DNA of 64,000 bases from Escherichia phage vB_EcoP_SP5M: the sequence record NC_070869.1; one strand, given 5' to 3'. Below, piece after piece: positions 16,433 through 27,059 of this stretch (its first letter is position 1; each line of letters starts with the position of its first letter). The position numbers were made by a program, and so were the translations under genes. The notes under the pieces were generated by a model. That model was not told where the DNA came from. It made no database searches and was given only the letters and a program-made list of their open reading frames with translations.

Positions 16433-18994
16433 ATGTTAGTTGCAGATACCAATCAATCAGCCACTTCAGCGACACTGGGTGGCAAAGAAGCAATCGCCTT
16501 TGGCATCTCCGATGACCCGGCATTCTTTCACGTATTAAGTACTTCCCTTTATAACAATCCTACTCTGGCAGTAGTCCGTGAGACTATCTGTAACAGTTGG
16601 GATGCTCATATTGAGGCAGGTAAGACTGATACTCCTATTCGTATCACCATTGATACAGACAACTTTATTACCTTCCGTGACTACGGTAGCGGTATTCCAG
16701 ATGAACTCATTGGTTCCATTTATGGTGTCTATGGTGCATCTACTAAGAAGTCCAACAGTAGTGTTACTGGTGGCTTCGGTCTGGGATGTAAATCCCCATT
16801 CGCTTATACAGATAGCTTCCAGGTTACTTCATGGAACCAAGGAAAGATGTCTGTATATAACGTAGCTAAGGCTGCGATTGAGAATGATGGTAAACCGGGT
16901 ATTGTTCCTATTGTTACCAATATTCCTACTGAGGAATCTGGTCTGGAAGTTAAATTCCAGTTAGGCAAGCATGATGTAAATACCTTCGTGCATTACATCA
17001 CATCAATTGTGTTTAACGGTGAGATTAAAGCTGAGCTTAGTATTCCTAAACTCGTTAAAACAGAAGAGGGTAACAGTATTCAGCAGGGTGATTACACTCT
17101 ACTGAATACACTGGGTATGTCATTTGAACCTGGTTCGTATGATATGTCTGATAGATGGTATCAAGGCTATATGGGTAGTAGTAACATATACGTTCGCTAC
17201 GGTAACGTAATGTACCCAATAGTATCTAGCCCGGCTAGTGAAGAGGCTGTAGGGCTTATCCTCAACTTCATGAATATTATTGGTGCTTTTAATTTAGTAG
17301 TTCAGGCTGCACCAGACACCTTAGCTATTGCTCCTAGTCGAGAAACACTGTCTAACCAGAAGTTAACTGATGATGGTATTACTACTCTATGCGTAGATTT
17401 AGTAGACCGTATGGAGAAAGAGATTAAAGCTAAGATTCCTGAAGCTATTAAGCAGATTGAAGAATATGCCTCTGAATCCTCTACCCGCTTCTGGGAATAT
17501 CCATCATTCCTGGGTGCTGTTACAGATAGAACCGTTCAACGCTATATGTCCTCCAGTTTATGGGCTAAGCAACGTAAACATTACATCAAACACTGGCGTA
17601 ACTTATCCAATAAGGCATTATTAGCCCGCCCTGAGTATGCAGGACTTAAGAAACTGTATGGTAAGGCTATGCGTGCTCTTAAGCATACTCGTACAGACAG
17701 TACATCCTTATTTCAGGAATTAGTATATCGCCATCTGCACTTACCTCAGCTTGCTGCTTTAAAAGCTACTGGTATTAAGTGGTCTGGTTACATAATGAAC
17801 CAAGGTAATTCTGTAGACTTGGTGAAAGGTAAGCTTATTGACTACTTTAAGATGTACCATAACTCCCACCAGAGTATTGGCATATTTACTACCAAGAACG
17901 TTGTAGTTACCCGACGTTTATCTGATTGTGCAGATTCTTTCTCGTACTTCCCTGAATACAACCGAGGTGACCTGGAGCGTACAGCTTTTGTTCATGTCGT
18001 TGGTCCTAAGAAGGGTGCAGCAGAGGAAGCTGTAGCTAAGTTCACTGCTATGGATTATCGGGTAATTGACCTTACTCAATACAATGAGTGGGACAAACCA
18101 ACTAACTTCCGTAGAGAGCAGGCTAAAATAGCTGCCGAGAAACGAGCTAAGACAATAGCTGCCAATAAAACCAAAGCAGGAGGTAAAACTAATGCTCTGA
18201 TTTCGTTGAATGCAGTCCTTGATACTACCCAAGTACGGAATAAAAATGGCGATTGGGAACCCAAGCCGTATATTCAGAAGGAATTTGCTGACCCAAGTCG
18301 CCATGAGAAGTACGGTTTCGTTGAAGTGGAGCAACCTAAGTACTACGTACTAGCCAATCAGGTTGGTTCTGGTAGTCCTGTAACTGCTCGAATTGGAACC
18401 ATGTGGAAATGGTATGAGTTATCTGATGAGATGAAAGCAGAGACAGTTGTCTGTCGTAATCAAATCGAAGCTAACAAGGCCAAACGTCGTGGTGCTATTC
18501 ACATTGACGACATTCGTCTTAATGAATTGATGTCTGTTATTACCAGCAAGGGATTCAAGAAGTATGCCACAGAGCAACGTATCGGTGTTCTGGAATACGT
18601 AGGACTGGATGACAGAGAATATTGGGAAATCCTCGACATCCTGGGTCTAACATTCAAACCATTACAGAGTCTGACTTTTAAACCAGAATATGAATGGGCT
18701 TGCGACTTCTTAAGAAACCATCCACGCAACAAAGAGAGACTTGTTGAGATGGGCCTTATTAAGTCAGTAGATGACTTGGAGCCATATGTAAGGATAGTTA
18801 ATCCCCGTATGCATAAGCATTTCGAAGTACTTAACGAATACAAAAGTCTGTTTTGTTACAACTGGAGTGCTGGCGACATCCTACAGAGCCTGGACTTGGG
18901 TAGTTTAGTTAAACATCTCAAGAAAAATCCAGAGGATATTCCTGGGTTTAAGTCCCTCTACCGTAATCGTCTAAATAAACTGAAAGGTAAATAA
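16433..18994 (+). CDS. rIIA: rIIA-like protein with GHKL/Bergerat-fold ATPase domain
   Basis: N-terminal ICNSWDAH ... DYGSGIPDE ... GGFGLGCKS; 853 aa; followed by rIIB-sized partner. Confidence 0.7.
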   Translation: MLVADTNQSATSATLGGKEAIAFGISDDPAFFHVLSTSLYNNPTLAVVRETICNSWDAHIEAGKTDTPIRITIDTDNFITFRDYGSGIPDELIGSIYGVYGASTKKSNSSVTGGFGLGCKSPFAYTDSFQVTSWNQGKMSVYNVAKAAIENDGKPGIVPIVTNIPTEESGLEVKFQLGKHDVNTFVHYITSIVFNGEIKAELSIPKLVKTEEGNSIQQGDYTLLNTLGMSFEPGSYDMSDRWYQGYMGSSNIYVRYGNVMYPIVSSPASEEAVGLILNFMNIIGAFNLVVQAAPDTLAIAPSRETLSNQKLTDDGITTLCVDLVDRMEKEIKAKIPEAIKQIEEYASESSTRFWEYPSFLGAVTDRTVQRYMSSSLWAKQRKHYIKHWRNLSNKALLARPEYAGLKKLYGKAMRALKHTRTDSTSLFQELVYRHLHLPQLAALKATGIKWSGYIMNQGNSVDLVKGKLIDYFKMYHNSHQSIGIFTTKNVVVTRRLSDCADSFSYFPEYNRGDLERTAFVHVVGPKKGAAEEAVAKFTAMDYRVIDLTQYNEWDKPTNFRREQAKIAAEKRAKTIAANKTKAGGKTNALISLNAVLDTTQVRNKNGDWEPKPYIQKEFADPSRHEKYGFVEVEQPKYYVLANQVGSGSPVTARIGTMWKWYELSDEMKAETVVCRNQIEANKAKRRGAIHIDDIRLNELMSVITSKGFKKYATEQRIGVLEYVGLDDREYWEILDILGLTFKPLQSLTFKPEYEWACDFLRNHPRNKERLVEMGLIKSVDDLEPYVRIVNPRMHKHFEVLNEYKSLFCYNWSAGDILQSLDLGSLVKHLKKNPEDIPGFKSLYRNRLNKLKGK

Positions 18995-18998
18995 TCTG

Positions 18999-21047
18999 AT
19001 GAAAATCGAAATGATTTCTATCATCGCACTGGCAGTTGACAGTCGAAACCTCACACTGTGGAAGCCTGATGGCTCCACGGTTGTATATCCTCAGAGCGAC
19101 CCACGGGTTGCTCGCATTGTATCTGAAGCACAGACTAAAGGTCTTGGTACTACCCAAGACCAAATAGAAGTAAACATTGCACCAGAAGTAGAACTACGTA
19201 CTGAATATCTAGAAGCAGAGAAGAACACCAACGGATTCGTCCGTTTCTTCAAGGTAGCTAAGGCTAAACTCAAAGAGTTCTTTGAGGATGGTACAGGTGT
19301 TCAACCAGCCCGTATCGTCTCAGATATTAAGCTGGGTAACCCTACTAAGACATTAGTGTCTAAAGCTATGGATACCTTCCTGGCTGTCCAGGCTAATGAA
19401 CCAGAAGTAACGGTAACAAACGGATGCTTCGACAAACGTGACAATCTGATGTGGGTTATTGGTTGGGACAAGGACCATAACCATCCTGCACTGGTTCGTT
19501 TTATTAACGACGTACTGGGTTGGGGTTATGACCATACCCACCGCATTCTTAGACGGGAATGGCCAATTGGAATTCGTGCAGTATCCGACGATGAAATGGG
19601 TGAATTTGCTAAACAAGCCCAGAACATCAAAGGTGTACACATTGTATTTACCAACCGTGAGGAAACACCACTACCTTATGTGGAAGTAGCTAAAACTACG
19701 AACCAGAATAAGCTGGCTGCTGTTTCAGAGAAGCTGGCTGCATTAGGTGCTATCAGTACCGATGATGCTAACTTCCACACTGATGTGAAGGAAGATGAGG
19801 TGGTTGTTGCTGTTACCAACAATGGGGTTATCCCTGGGGTTGAGAACCTGCAACGTCACCTGCGTCAGTCTGCCAAGCTGAAAGACTACAAGGGCTTTAC
19901 TAAGTTCCTTGAGCGTCTGGCTCCAGTTATTAAAGACCGTCTGCACTCAGTAGAAGACCTGATGAAGTTCATGGAGACTGCTGAGCTACCTATTGCAGAT
20001 GATGGTTCAATCCTATTCCTGAAACGCCTGCAGTATAAAGACACGGAAGATGGTAAACGTGTATTCGTTGACTGTCACTCAGGGAATATCCGTCAATGGG
20101 TAGGCTGCAAAGTGCAGGTACGTGAAGACCTGGTAGACCCTGACCGTCGTCAGGACTGCTCTAATGGCCTACACGTAGCATCCATGAGCTATATTCGTAG
20201 CTTCGGTGGTAACGTAACTATCCTTGGTAAAGTAGCACCTGAAGATGTATTTGCTGTTCCTCAGTACAACACTAATAAGATGCGTGTATCTGCATATCAT
20301 ATTATTGCTGAACTACCGGAAGAGGAACGTAATAACGTTAACAATGGTATCTACCTGTCTAAGACAGCAGTAGGTAAGAAGTTGCTTAATGATGCCATCG
20401 TTGGGAACCATAGTTCACCCACCACACTTATTATGGTTGGTGGTCATTATGGTACTAACCTCAAATACACTAATCTATCTTCTGGTTCCGTAGAACAATT
20501 CCGTACAGTTGCTAGTAAAGAAGCACTGAACATGGAAGAGTCACTGAATGAAGCTGTAGCTGCTGAACCAGTGAAGGCTACTGATCTTAAACCTGTTAAT
20601 AAGAAGACTCCTACTGTGAAAGAACAAATCCAGGAACTGGTCAAAGAGTTCCTCAATACAACAACACCAGAAGATAAGTTAGCTGCTGCTGACCTTCTGG
20701 TAGAACTGCGTTCCAAAGCCAGAAAGCCTTGGGGTGCATTCGATGTAGGTAGTGATGTGGTAGCTAAGATTGCTGATGTACGTGCTACCTATACAGCTAA
20801 GCCTATAGGTAAACCTAAAGCTGTTAAGCAAGATAAGACAGGTAAACCTACTAAGTCTAAGCCTGCTATTAATAGTACTAATGCCAATATCATCAGAGGT
20901 TATCTAGCAGATAATGGTATGTCCGATTATCAGAAAGCCCACTCCATTCATGACCTGAAACGCGCAGCTAAGAAGTCATATACTGCCATGGGTCTTACTG
21001 AAGAAGAATGCAAAGCTATTGATAAGCTGAAGCACCACCTTAAGTAA
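18999..21047 (+). CDS. rIIB: rIIB-like protein
   Basis: 682 aa ORF immediately downstream of the rIIA-like gene; synteny-based call. Confidence 0.5.
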   Translation: MKIEMISIIALAVDSRNLTLWKPDGSTVVYPQSDPRVARIVSEAQTKGLGTTQDQIEVNIAPEVELRTEYLEAEKNTNGFVRFFKVAKAKLKEFFEDGTGVQPARIVSDIKLGNPTKTLVSKAMDTFLAVQANEPEVTVTNGCFDKRDNLMWVIGWDKDHNHPALVRFINDVLGWGYDHTHRILRREWPIGIRAVSDDEMGEFAKQAQNIKGVHIVFTNREETPLPYVEVAKTTNQNKLAAVSEKLAALGAISTDDANFHTDVKEDEVVVAVTNNGVIPGVENLQRHLRQSAKLKDYKGFTKFLERLAPVIKDRLHSVEDLMKFMETAELPIADDGSILFLKRLQYKDTEDGKRVFVDCHSGNIRQWVGCKVQVREDLVDPDRRQDCSNGLHVASMSYIRSFGGNVTILGKVAPEDVFAVPQYNTNKMRVSAYHIIAELPEEERNNVNNGIYLSKTAVGKKLLNDAIVGNHSSPTTLIMVGGHYGTNLKYTNLSSGSVEQFRTVASKEALNMEESLNEAVAAEPVKATDLKPVNKKTPTVKEQIQELVKEFLNTTTPEDKLAAADLLVELRSKARKPWGAFDVGSDVVAKIADVRATYTAKPIGKPKAVKQDKTGKPTKSKPAINSTNANIIRGYLADNGMSDYQKAHSIHDLKRAAKKSYTAMGLTEEECKAIDKLKHHLK

Positions 21048-21109
21048 TAGCCTGTTCAAATAGCCTCACTTATAATAAAGTGAGGCTATCTTTGAAGAGG
21101 AAATAAGCT

Positions 21110-21505
21110 ATGTCTAAAGTATTCAGAAGTAATCGCAAAGCAACTGATGAAGACATCATTCGTATGAATGCTGTTGGTCTGTCCCTCGCAACTATCGCTA
21201 AGACGTTGGGGGTTCACCCCACCACGGTTACTTTGCGATTGCGTTCCCTAAACATTGAACCAGCCGACACACGTCGGACGTTCATGGAAAACGTATTACG
21301 TCCTTTACCAACCCATGTGGCTGATTGGCTGTCAGAGCAAGTTGGTCCTGCTTATGAGATTCGCTCATATGTAAGAGACTTGATTCTGGAGGCTTATAAC
21401 AATCGCCACCTTAACCAAGAGAGTGAACATGAAAAGTTCATCCGTTTGTACGCTGGCAAATACGGAAGCCTGGTTCCGGAAAGCAGTAGCAAATCCTACG
21501 AGTAA
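21110..21505 (+). CDS. Putative HTH DNA-binding protein
   Basis: AVGLSLATIAKTLGVHPTTVTLRLRSL helix-turn-helix-like segment. Confidence 0.4.
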   Translation: MSKVFRSNRKATDEDIIRMNAVGLSLATIAKTLGVHPTTVTLRLRSLNIEPADTRRTFMENVLRPLPTHVADWLSEQVGPAYEIRSYVRDLILEAYNNRHLNQESEHEKFIRLYAGKYGSLVPESSSKSYE

Positions 21506-21890
21506 GAACATTAGTACCCAGATTGGTTGCCATCTGGAAGAAGTATGTGAAATGTTAGATGAGTTGACCCCATCCTGCGAGGATAGTATGCAAGTGTTAG
21601 CCGATGCACAGGCTGCTTTGGGTAAATTATCTCTGCTGATGAAAACAAACCACATGGCTATCTTCCCAGCAAATAGCAATCGCTTAGCTTTGCTGGATTC
21701 ACTGGCAGACCAGATTGTTACAGCAACTGGCGTCGGTACTTTCCTTGGGATGAATGTCCCGGGAGCATTGGCTGAAGTCAATCGCTCAAACTATTCTAAG
21801 TTTGAAGATGGTGAACCCGTCTTCAATGAGAATAAGAAAGTTATGAAAGGGAAAGACTATACTCCCCCAGATTTAACGCCTTACATCTAA
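21423..21890 (+). CDS. Hypothetical protein, possible MazG-like NTP pyrophosphohydrolase (start uncertain)
   Basis: HLEEVCEMLDE acidic motif; overlaps upstream ORF so true start unclear. Confidence 0.3.
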   Translation: MNMKSSSVCTLANTEAWFRKAVANPTSKNISTQIGCHLEEVCEMLDELTPSCEDSMQVLADAQAALGKLSLLMKTNHMAIFPANSNRLALLDSLADQIVTATGVGTFLGMNVPGALAEVNRSNYSKFEDGEPVFNENKKVMKGKDYTPPDLTPYI

Positions 21891-21910
21891 CCCTCTACGG
21901 AGGGTTTTTT
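21889..21910 (+). terminator. Rho-independent terminator
   Basis: AACCCTC-TACG-GAGGGTT hairpin followed by TTTTTT. Confidence 0.6.
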
Positions 21911-21923
21911 ACTGGAGATTTTA

Positions 21924-23234
21924 ATGTTTTCCAAACCTACCAAAGCCCCACTGAACAAGGGGCAAGAAGCGGTTGCGAAGGAGTTCTTCGACTTCCTGCT
22001 CGACCCTAATGCTACCGAATTCAATATTAGTGGCCCAGGGGGAACTGGCAAGACATTCCTGATGTCGCACCTCATTGATGACACTATGCCTGCATATATG
22101 GAAACTTGCTCCCTTATGGGAACCAAGCCTCTGTATAACGAGGTTGTTATGACTGCGACCACGAACAAGGCTGCCGAAGTTCTGGCTCAGGCTACTGGAC
22201 GCCCAACATCTACCTACCATTCCTTCCAGGGATTGATTGTTAAGAATGACTTTAAGACTGGTGAGGCTAATGTCGTACCATCTAAATCATTCAATATTAA
22301 GAAGAACAAAATCATCTTCGTAGATGAAGCATCCATGATTGACCGTCAGTTGCTTAAGTATGCTCGTGAAGGTACTCACCAGTGCAAACTGGTATTCGTA
22401 GGTGATGCTTCTCAGCTTCTGCCTGTTAAAGAGAATAAGTCTCCAGTGTATGCAGGTAATATCCCAACACACTATCTGACTGAACAGATGCGTACCGATG
22501 CACCGGAACTCAAAGCATTGCACCAGCAATTGCGTGATACGGTGGAAGGTAAGACAGGCTTCCTGCCTATTAAATGTATTCCAGGCATTATTGACTGGGT
22601 ACAGGGGGAAGAGATGGAGAAACTGGTTCTCAGTCACTTCACTCAACCTACCAACAGCCGTATTGTTGCTTACACAAATGACCAGGTTATTAATTACAAT
22701 AACTACATTCGTGAAGCTAATGGTTACGTAGGTGAGTACTCCATCGGTGAACAGTTAGTTTCTAACTCTGCTGTTCGATTAGGGGTGGAGGACCGTCTGT
22801 CTATTGAGCAAGACGTAAAACTCATTGACCAGGATAGTAGTACTCGCATGGTTCAAGTTACAGGTGACCTGGAACTGGAAGTCCGTGATAGTACTCTGGA
22901 CCTTGGTTATGGTGGTATTGTTAGCGAAGTACCAGTTCCTACCGACCCAGACTACTTCAACCGTTTGGTTAAGTGGTTAGGTAAAGAGAAGAACTGGGAA
23001 CCTTATTTCCGTCTTAAAGAAACCATTCCAGACCTTCGTGCTACTCATGCATGTACTGTTCATAAATCACAAGGCTCTACTTACGACACAATCTTCATTG
23101 ATGCAAATGACCTCTCAAGCTGTCGCCAACCTGATATGGTTGCCCGTCTGCTTTACGTCGCCGTGTCTCGTGCCCGTAAGCGTGTAGTGTTCTATGGCAA
23201 TCTTGCCAGTAAGTACGGTGGGCTAACTTTCTAA
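21924..23234 (+). CDS. SF1 DNA helicase (Dda/RecD-like)
   Basis: Walker A GPGGTGKTF, Walker B IIFVDEASMID, C-terminal VAVSRARKRVVFYG. Confidence 0.8.
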   Translation: MFSKPTKAPLNKGQEAVAKEFFDFLLDPNATEFNISGPGGTGKTFLMSHLIDDTMPAYMETCSLMGTKPLYNEVVMTATTNKAAEVLAQATGRPTSTYHSFQGLIVKNDFKTGEANVVPSKSFNIKKNKIIFVDEASMIDRQLLKYAREGTHQCKLVFVGDASQLLPVKENKSPVYAGNIPTHYLTEQMRTDAPELKALHQQLRDTVEGKTGFLPIKCIPGIIDWVQGEEMEKLVLSHFTQPTNSRIVAYTNDQVINYNNYIREANGYVGEYSIGEQLVSNSAVRLGVEDRLSIEQDVKLIDQDSSTRMVQVTGDLELEVRDSTLDLGYGGIVSEVPVPTDPDYFNRLVKWLGKEKNWEPYFRLKETIPDLRATHACTVHKSQGSTYDTIFIDANDLSSCRQPDMVARLLYVAVSRARKRVVFYGNLASKYGGLTF

Positions 23235-23244
23235 GGGAGGGTAT

Positions 23245-23775
23245 ATGCCTCAGATTGGTTCAGCGACTATTGGTCAGGTTGCCAATAGCAGCGAGATAGT
23301 CAAGCACCTGTTCTTAGCAGAACTGGTTCGTCTTGATGGTGTGTTAAACGGCATCATTGATAAGAATGATCGTATCAATGGTGTAGACGTATCGGCTGGA
23401 TTCCTTCATCAAGGGGAGTTCTATCAGCGTTCTAATGCTACCAGACCCCCAACCTATGGTGAACGATTAACACTTAATCCAGAACTTTGGCCTGCAATGG
23501 ACAAGTATCTGAAAGCCTCCAGTCGTTTGATTATGGAAGTACACCTTGTGAATCAGACTGTATATCGACTGGTTCGCGGTTGTATGTCCTATCAGGATGT
23601 ACGTGATGCTCTACCTGAATGTCTGGTAGCACAAGACCAGACTGGTCAGTACAAAGGGCTACCACGTACTCGTGAAGCAGCTTGGGCTCTTGCTGGCGAT
23701 GCTATGGCAATCAAACAGTATGAGAAGATTCTTCCTTCTATTGAGTACTATGCAGCTTCTCATCTGATTTTCTAA
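23245..23775 (+). CDS. Hypothetical protein (176 aa)
   Basis: ORF track; GGAGGG upstream. Confidence 0.45.
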   Translation: MPQIGSATIGQVANSSEIVKHLFLAELVRLDGVLNGIIDKNDRINGVDVSAGFLHQGEFYQRSNATRPPTYGERLTLNPELWPAMDKYLKASSRLIMEVHLVNQTVYRLVRGCMSYQDVRDALPECLVAQDQTGQYKGLPRTREAAWALAGDAMAIKQYEKILPSIEYYAASHLIF

Positions 23776-23784
23776 GGTAAAGCT

Positions 23785-25749
23785 ATGCGTTACATCACCT
23801 CTCAGGATACTGGCAAGTATCCTATTGCTATCCTCGGTCATCAAATCCGAAGGGAGGAGATGATTAAAACCTACCTGCTGCCTTATGACCTAAGCATGGA
23901 AGATTTCATCTTCCTTGAACTACATTCTGCCCCTGGCAAGAAGAAAACTCCTGCAAGGGAGATTAAAGAGTTCATTCAGCAGGAACTACAGCAAGTACTG
24001 GATGATGCGGAGACTCAGTACATTATCTGTACCGATTCTGACTACTTCAAAATACTGACTAAAGAAGCTAAAGCAGAAGCTAACCTCGGCTATGTTTGTG
24101 ACTCAGTATGGGGTAAGCAGAAGGTTATTTATACGCCTAACTACAGACAGGTCTTTTATGATCCACCCGTAGTAAAAGCCAAAATTGCTCAGGGTATGGA
24201 TGCATTACTTAACCACATCCGTGGACAGTATGCTGAACCAGGTCAGGGAATCATTGAGTTTGAAGCCTATCCGGATACGCCCGAAAAGATTAAAGCCTGG
24301 TTAGACCAGTTGCTTGAGATGAATAAGCCTCTGGCTATAGACATCGAATCATTCGGTTTAAAGCACTATAACGCAGGTATAGGAACGATTACGTTCTGTT
24401 GGAGTAAGACACAAGGCATAGCTTTTAATGTGGACTACGAGCCAATTAAGGGGGCTACTGAAGCACCATATGGGCGTATTAACAGGAACGATGTTGTTCG
24501 TAACCTGTTACGTGAGTTCTTCATTAAGTACACTCAACGGCAGATGTATCACAACATTAGCTATGATGTTTATGTGCTTATCTATCAGTTATTCATGGAT
24601 AACCTGATTGATACGGAAGGCTTACTACATGGCGTGGAAATCATGCTACGTAACTGGGACTGTACTAAGTTAATCACCTATCTGGCTACTAACAGTTGTG
24701 CCGGTAATCACCTTAGTCTGAAAGACCAGGCTCAGGAGTATGCTGGTAACTATGCTCAGGATGATATTAAAGACATTCGTCTTATTCCTAATGAGCAACT
24801 GTTACGCTACAACCTCATTGATGGTTTGTGTACGTGGTACACCTACGAGAAGCACTGGGATACTCTCATTGCTGATGACCAACTGGATGTTTACAACAAC
24901 ATCTTTAAACCAGCCTGTGAAGACATTATTCAGATGCAGTTAACCGGTATGCCCATGAATATGGAAACCGTTAACCAAGTAGCTGAAGAGATGGAAACTG
25001 ACAGGAACCAGGCTTTGAAAACTATTCGTGAGTCTAAGCTCATGAAGAACTTCACCCTGATGCTTCGTCAGGAATGGGTAGATGATAAGAATGCTAAGCT
25101 CAAGAAGAAACAAGTAACGCTTGCTGATTGTGATATTGAGTTTAATCCTAACTCCGGTCCACAGTTACAGAAGCTGTTATTTGATTATATTGGCTTACCG
25201 GTTCTTGGTCTTACTAAGAGCAAGCAACCTGCTACTGACGGTGATACTATTAAAGCACTGCGTACACATACGCAGAGTGAAGATGTTAAGGAACTGCTCA
25301 ATGCACTTATCGACTATAAACTCGTGGATAAGATTATCACTAGTTTTATACCAGCTTTCAGGAATGCCCAACCGGGACCGGATGGCTGGCACTACCTGTT
25401 CGGAAACCTCAATCTGGGAGGCACAGTCTCCGGTAGGCTATCGGCTTCAGAGCCAAATCTACAAACAATTCCATCCGGTTCTAAATATGCCAAGAAGATT
25501 AAGAAATGCTTCGAAGCCCCTCCTGGCTGGATATTTTGCGGTTTGGACTTCGCCTCGCTGGAAGACAGAATATCTGCACTGACTACCAAAGACCCACAGA
25601 AGCTCAAAGTGTACATGGGGGTAATTGTGTATAGCGTTACTATCGATGGAGTTGACCATCATATCCGAGATGATGATACAATTGTTTATGATGGGAAAAC
25701 ATTTACCGGAGAGGAATTTTATAATGCCTATACCAATAGCCTACTTTGA
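23785..25749 (+). CDS. Family A DNA polymerase, N-terminal part (3'-5' exonuclease and polymerase motif A)
   Basis: Exo I DIESFGL, Exo II YHNISYDVYVL, Exo III-like YNLIDGL, motif A GLDFASLEDRI; ORF ends before motif B. Confidence 0.8.
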   Translation: MRYITSQDTGKYPIAILGHQIRREEMIKTYLLPYDLSMEDFIFLELHSAPGKKKTPAREIKEFIQQELQQVLDDAETQYIICTDSDYFKILTKEAKAEANLGYVCDSVWGKQKVIYTPNYRQVFYDPPVVKAKIAQGMDALLNHIRGQYAEPGQGIIEFEAYPDTPEKIKAWLDQLLEMNKPLAIDIESFGLKHYNAGIGTITFCWSKTQGIAFNVDYEPIKGATEAPYGRINRNDVVRNLLREFFIKYTQRQMYHNISYDVYVLIYQLFMDNLIDTEGLLHGVEIMLRNWDCTKLITYLATNSCAGNHLSLKDQAQEYAGNYAQDDIKDIRLIPNEQLLRYNLIDGLCTWYTYEKHWDTLIADDQLDVYNNIFKPACEDIIQMQLTGMPMNMETVNQVAEEMETDRNQALKTIRESKLMKNFTLMLRQEWVDDKNAKLKKKQVTLADCDIEFNPNSGPQLQKLLFDYIGLPVLGLTKSKQPATDGDTIKALRTHTQSEDVKELLNALIDYKLVDKIITSFIPAFRNAQPGPDGWHYLFGNLNLGGTVSGRLSASEPNLQTIPSGSKYAKKIKKCFEAPPGWIFCGLDFASLEDRISALTTKDPQKLKVYMGVIVYSVTIDGVDHHIRDDDTIVYDGKTFTGEEFYNAYTNSLL

Positions 25750-26266
25750 GAACCGTTATCTAATTTCAGAGGATGGTTCCATCACCAATCTTGCTAGCAA
25801 TTCCCCGCTTAAACCAACAGTAAATCCTAATGGGTATCTTAAGGTTGGTTTAGCGAAAGGGGATGGTACGCACCAACAGGAATTGGTTCATATTCTGGTA
25901 GCTAAACACTTTATTCCCAATCCATACGGATACAAGTATGTAAATCATCTGGATGGGAATAAACAGAATCCCCATAAGGATAATCTGAAATGGTGTACAG
26001 CATCCCAAAATTCAGAACACGCCCTGCGAACAGGATTACGTCCTGGATATATGTCTGCAAATGACAAGGAGAAGTACCTATTTGAAGTACTGGAAGGTAA
26101 GCAAGTAGGTGAACTCGCCCAAGAAATAGGCAGACGTGCAGAAACACTGCATAAAATGCTCAGAACCACTGCTGACAGACTCGGTATCCGTCATAAGTGG
26201 GATGAGGTTATGAGGAGGAACCGCAGAGATGTCGCAATTCGACAACTTGCCAAAATCAACTCATGA
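25724..26266 (+). CDS. HNH homing endonuclease (NUMOD4 + HNH_3-like) inserted within the DNA polymerase gene
   Basis: NGYLKVGL ... VHILVAKHFIPNP ... VNHLDGNKQNPHKDNLKWCT; own SD GGAGAGG. Confidence 0.75.
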   Translation: MPIPIAYFENRYLISEDGSITNLASNSPLKPTVNPNGYLKVGLAKGDGTHQQELVHILVAKHFIPNPYGYKYVNHLDGNKQNPHKDNLKWCTASQNSEHALRTGLRPGYMSANDKEKYLFEVLEGKQVGELAQEIGRRAETLHKMLRTTADRLGIRHKWDEVMRRNRRDVAIRQLAKINS

Positions 26267-27059
26267 TTTCACTGGCAAAAAGATTCAATCTGTAAAAAAG
26301 GTAGGTAGTTCAACGGGTTATGATGGGCATAGTCTTCGTGCGTATGCTTACTTCGGTGAGCAAATGCCAGACATTGTAGACACAGTTGAATCAATTAACT
26401 CTATTCAGGTGAAGTACAAGCACTTGCGTAGTGATTCTAAAGCCCCAACCTTCTTGCTTACCTATGGTGGCACGTATATGGGCTTGATGAAAAACTGTGG
26501 CTTCTCGGAAGAGAAAGCTAAGACAACAGAGAAACGTTATCACGAACTCTATGTAGTTAGCGATATGTGGGTTCAGGCTAAACTAGACGAAGCTGCCAAG
26601 ACTGGTTATGTAACTGCTGCATTTGGTTTGAGAGTGCGTACTCCTTTACTGGCTCAGGTATTACGTGGGACATGTAAGACTCCATATGAAGCAGAGGCTG
26701 AAGGTAGAACTGCTGGTAATGCCTTGGGGCAAAGCTGGTGTCTACTTAATAACCGTGCTGGCTCAGAATTTATGCGTAAGGTCAGAGCCAGTGAGTTCAG
26801 GTTAGATATACGTCCTAGTATTCACATTCATGATGCTCAGTACTTCATGATTCGTGACAACATGGATACTTTGCAGTACACGAACAAGCACTTGGTTGAA
26901 GCCGTTAACTGGCAGGACCATCCTGATATTGCTCATCCAGAAGTTGGTTTGGGTGGGGAACTATCATTGTTTTACCCAACGTGGGCTAACGAGATTGAGA
27001 TTCCAAATCACGCTACCCCAGAAGAAGTTAATCAAATAATTCAAAAGGCATTCGCATGA
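26229..27059 (+). CDS. Family A DNA polymerase, C-terminal part (motifs B and C)
   Basis: Motif B RSDSKAPTFLLTYGGTYMG, motif C IHIHDAQY. Confidence 0.8.
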   Translation: MSQFDNLPKSTHDFTGKKIQSVKKVGSSTGYDGHSLRAYAYFGEQMPDIVDTVESINSIQVKYKHLRSDSKAPTFLLTYGGTYMGLMKNCGFSEEKAKTTEKRYHELYVVSDMWVQAKLDEAAKTGYVTAAFGLRVRTPLLAQVLRGTCKTPYEAEAEGRTAGNALGQSWCLLNNRAGSEFMRKVRASEFRLDIRPSIHIHDAQYFMIRDNMDTLQYTNKHLVEAVNWQDHPDIAHPEVGLGGELSLFYPTWANEIEIPNHATPEEVNQIIQKAFA

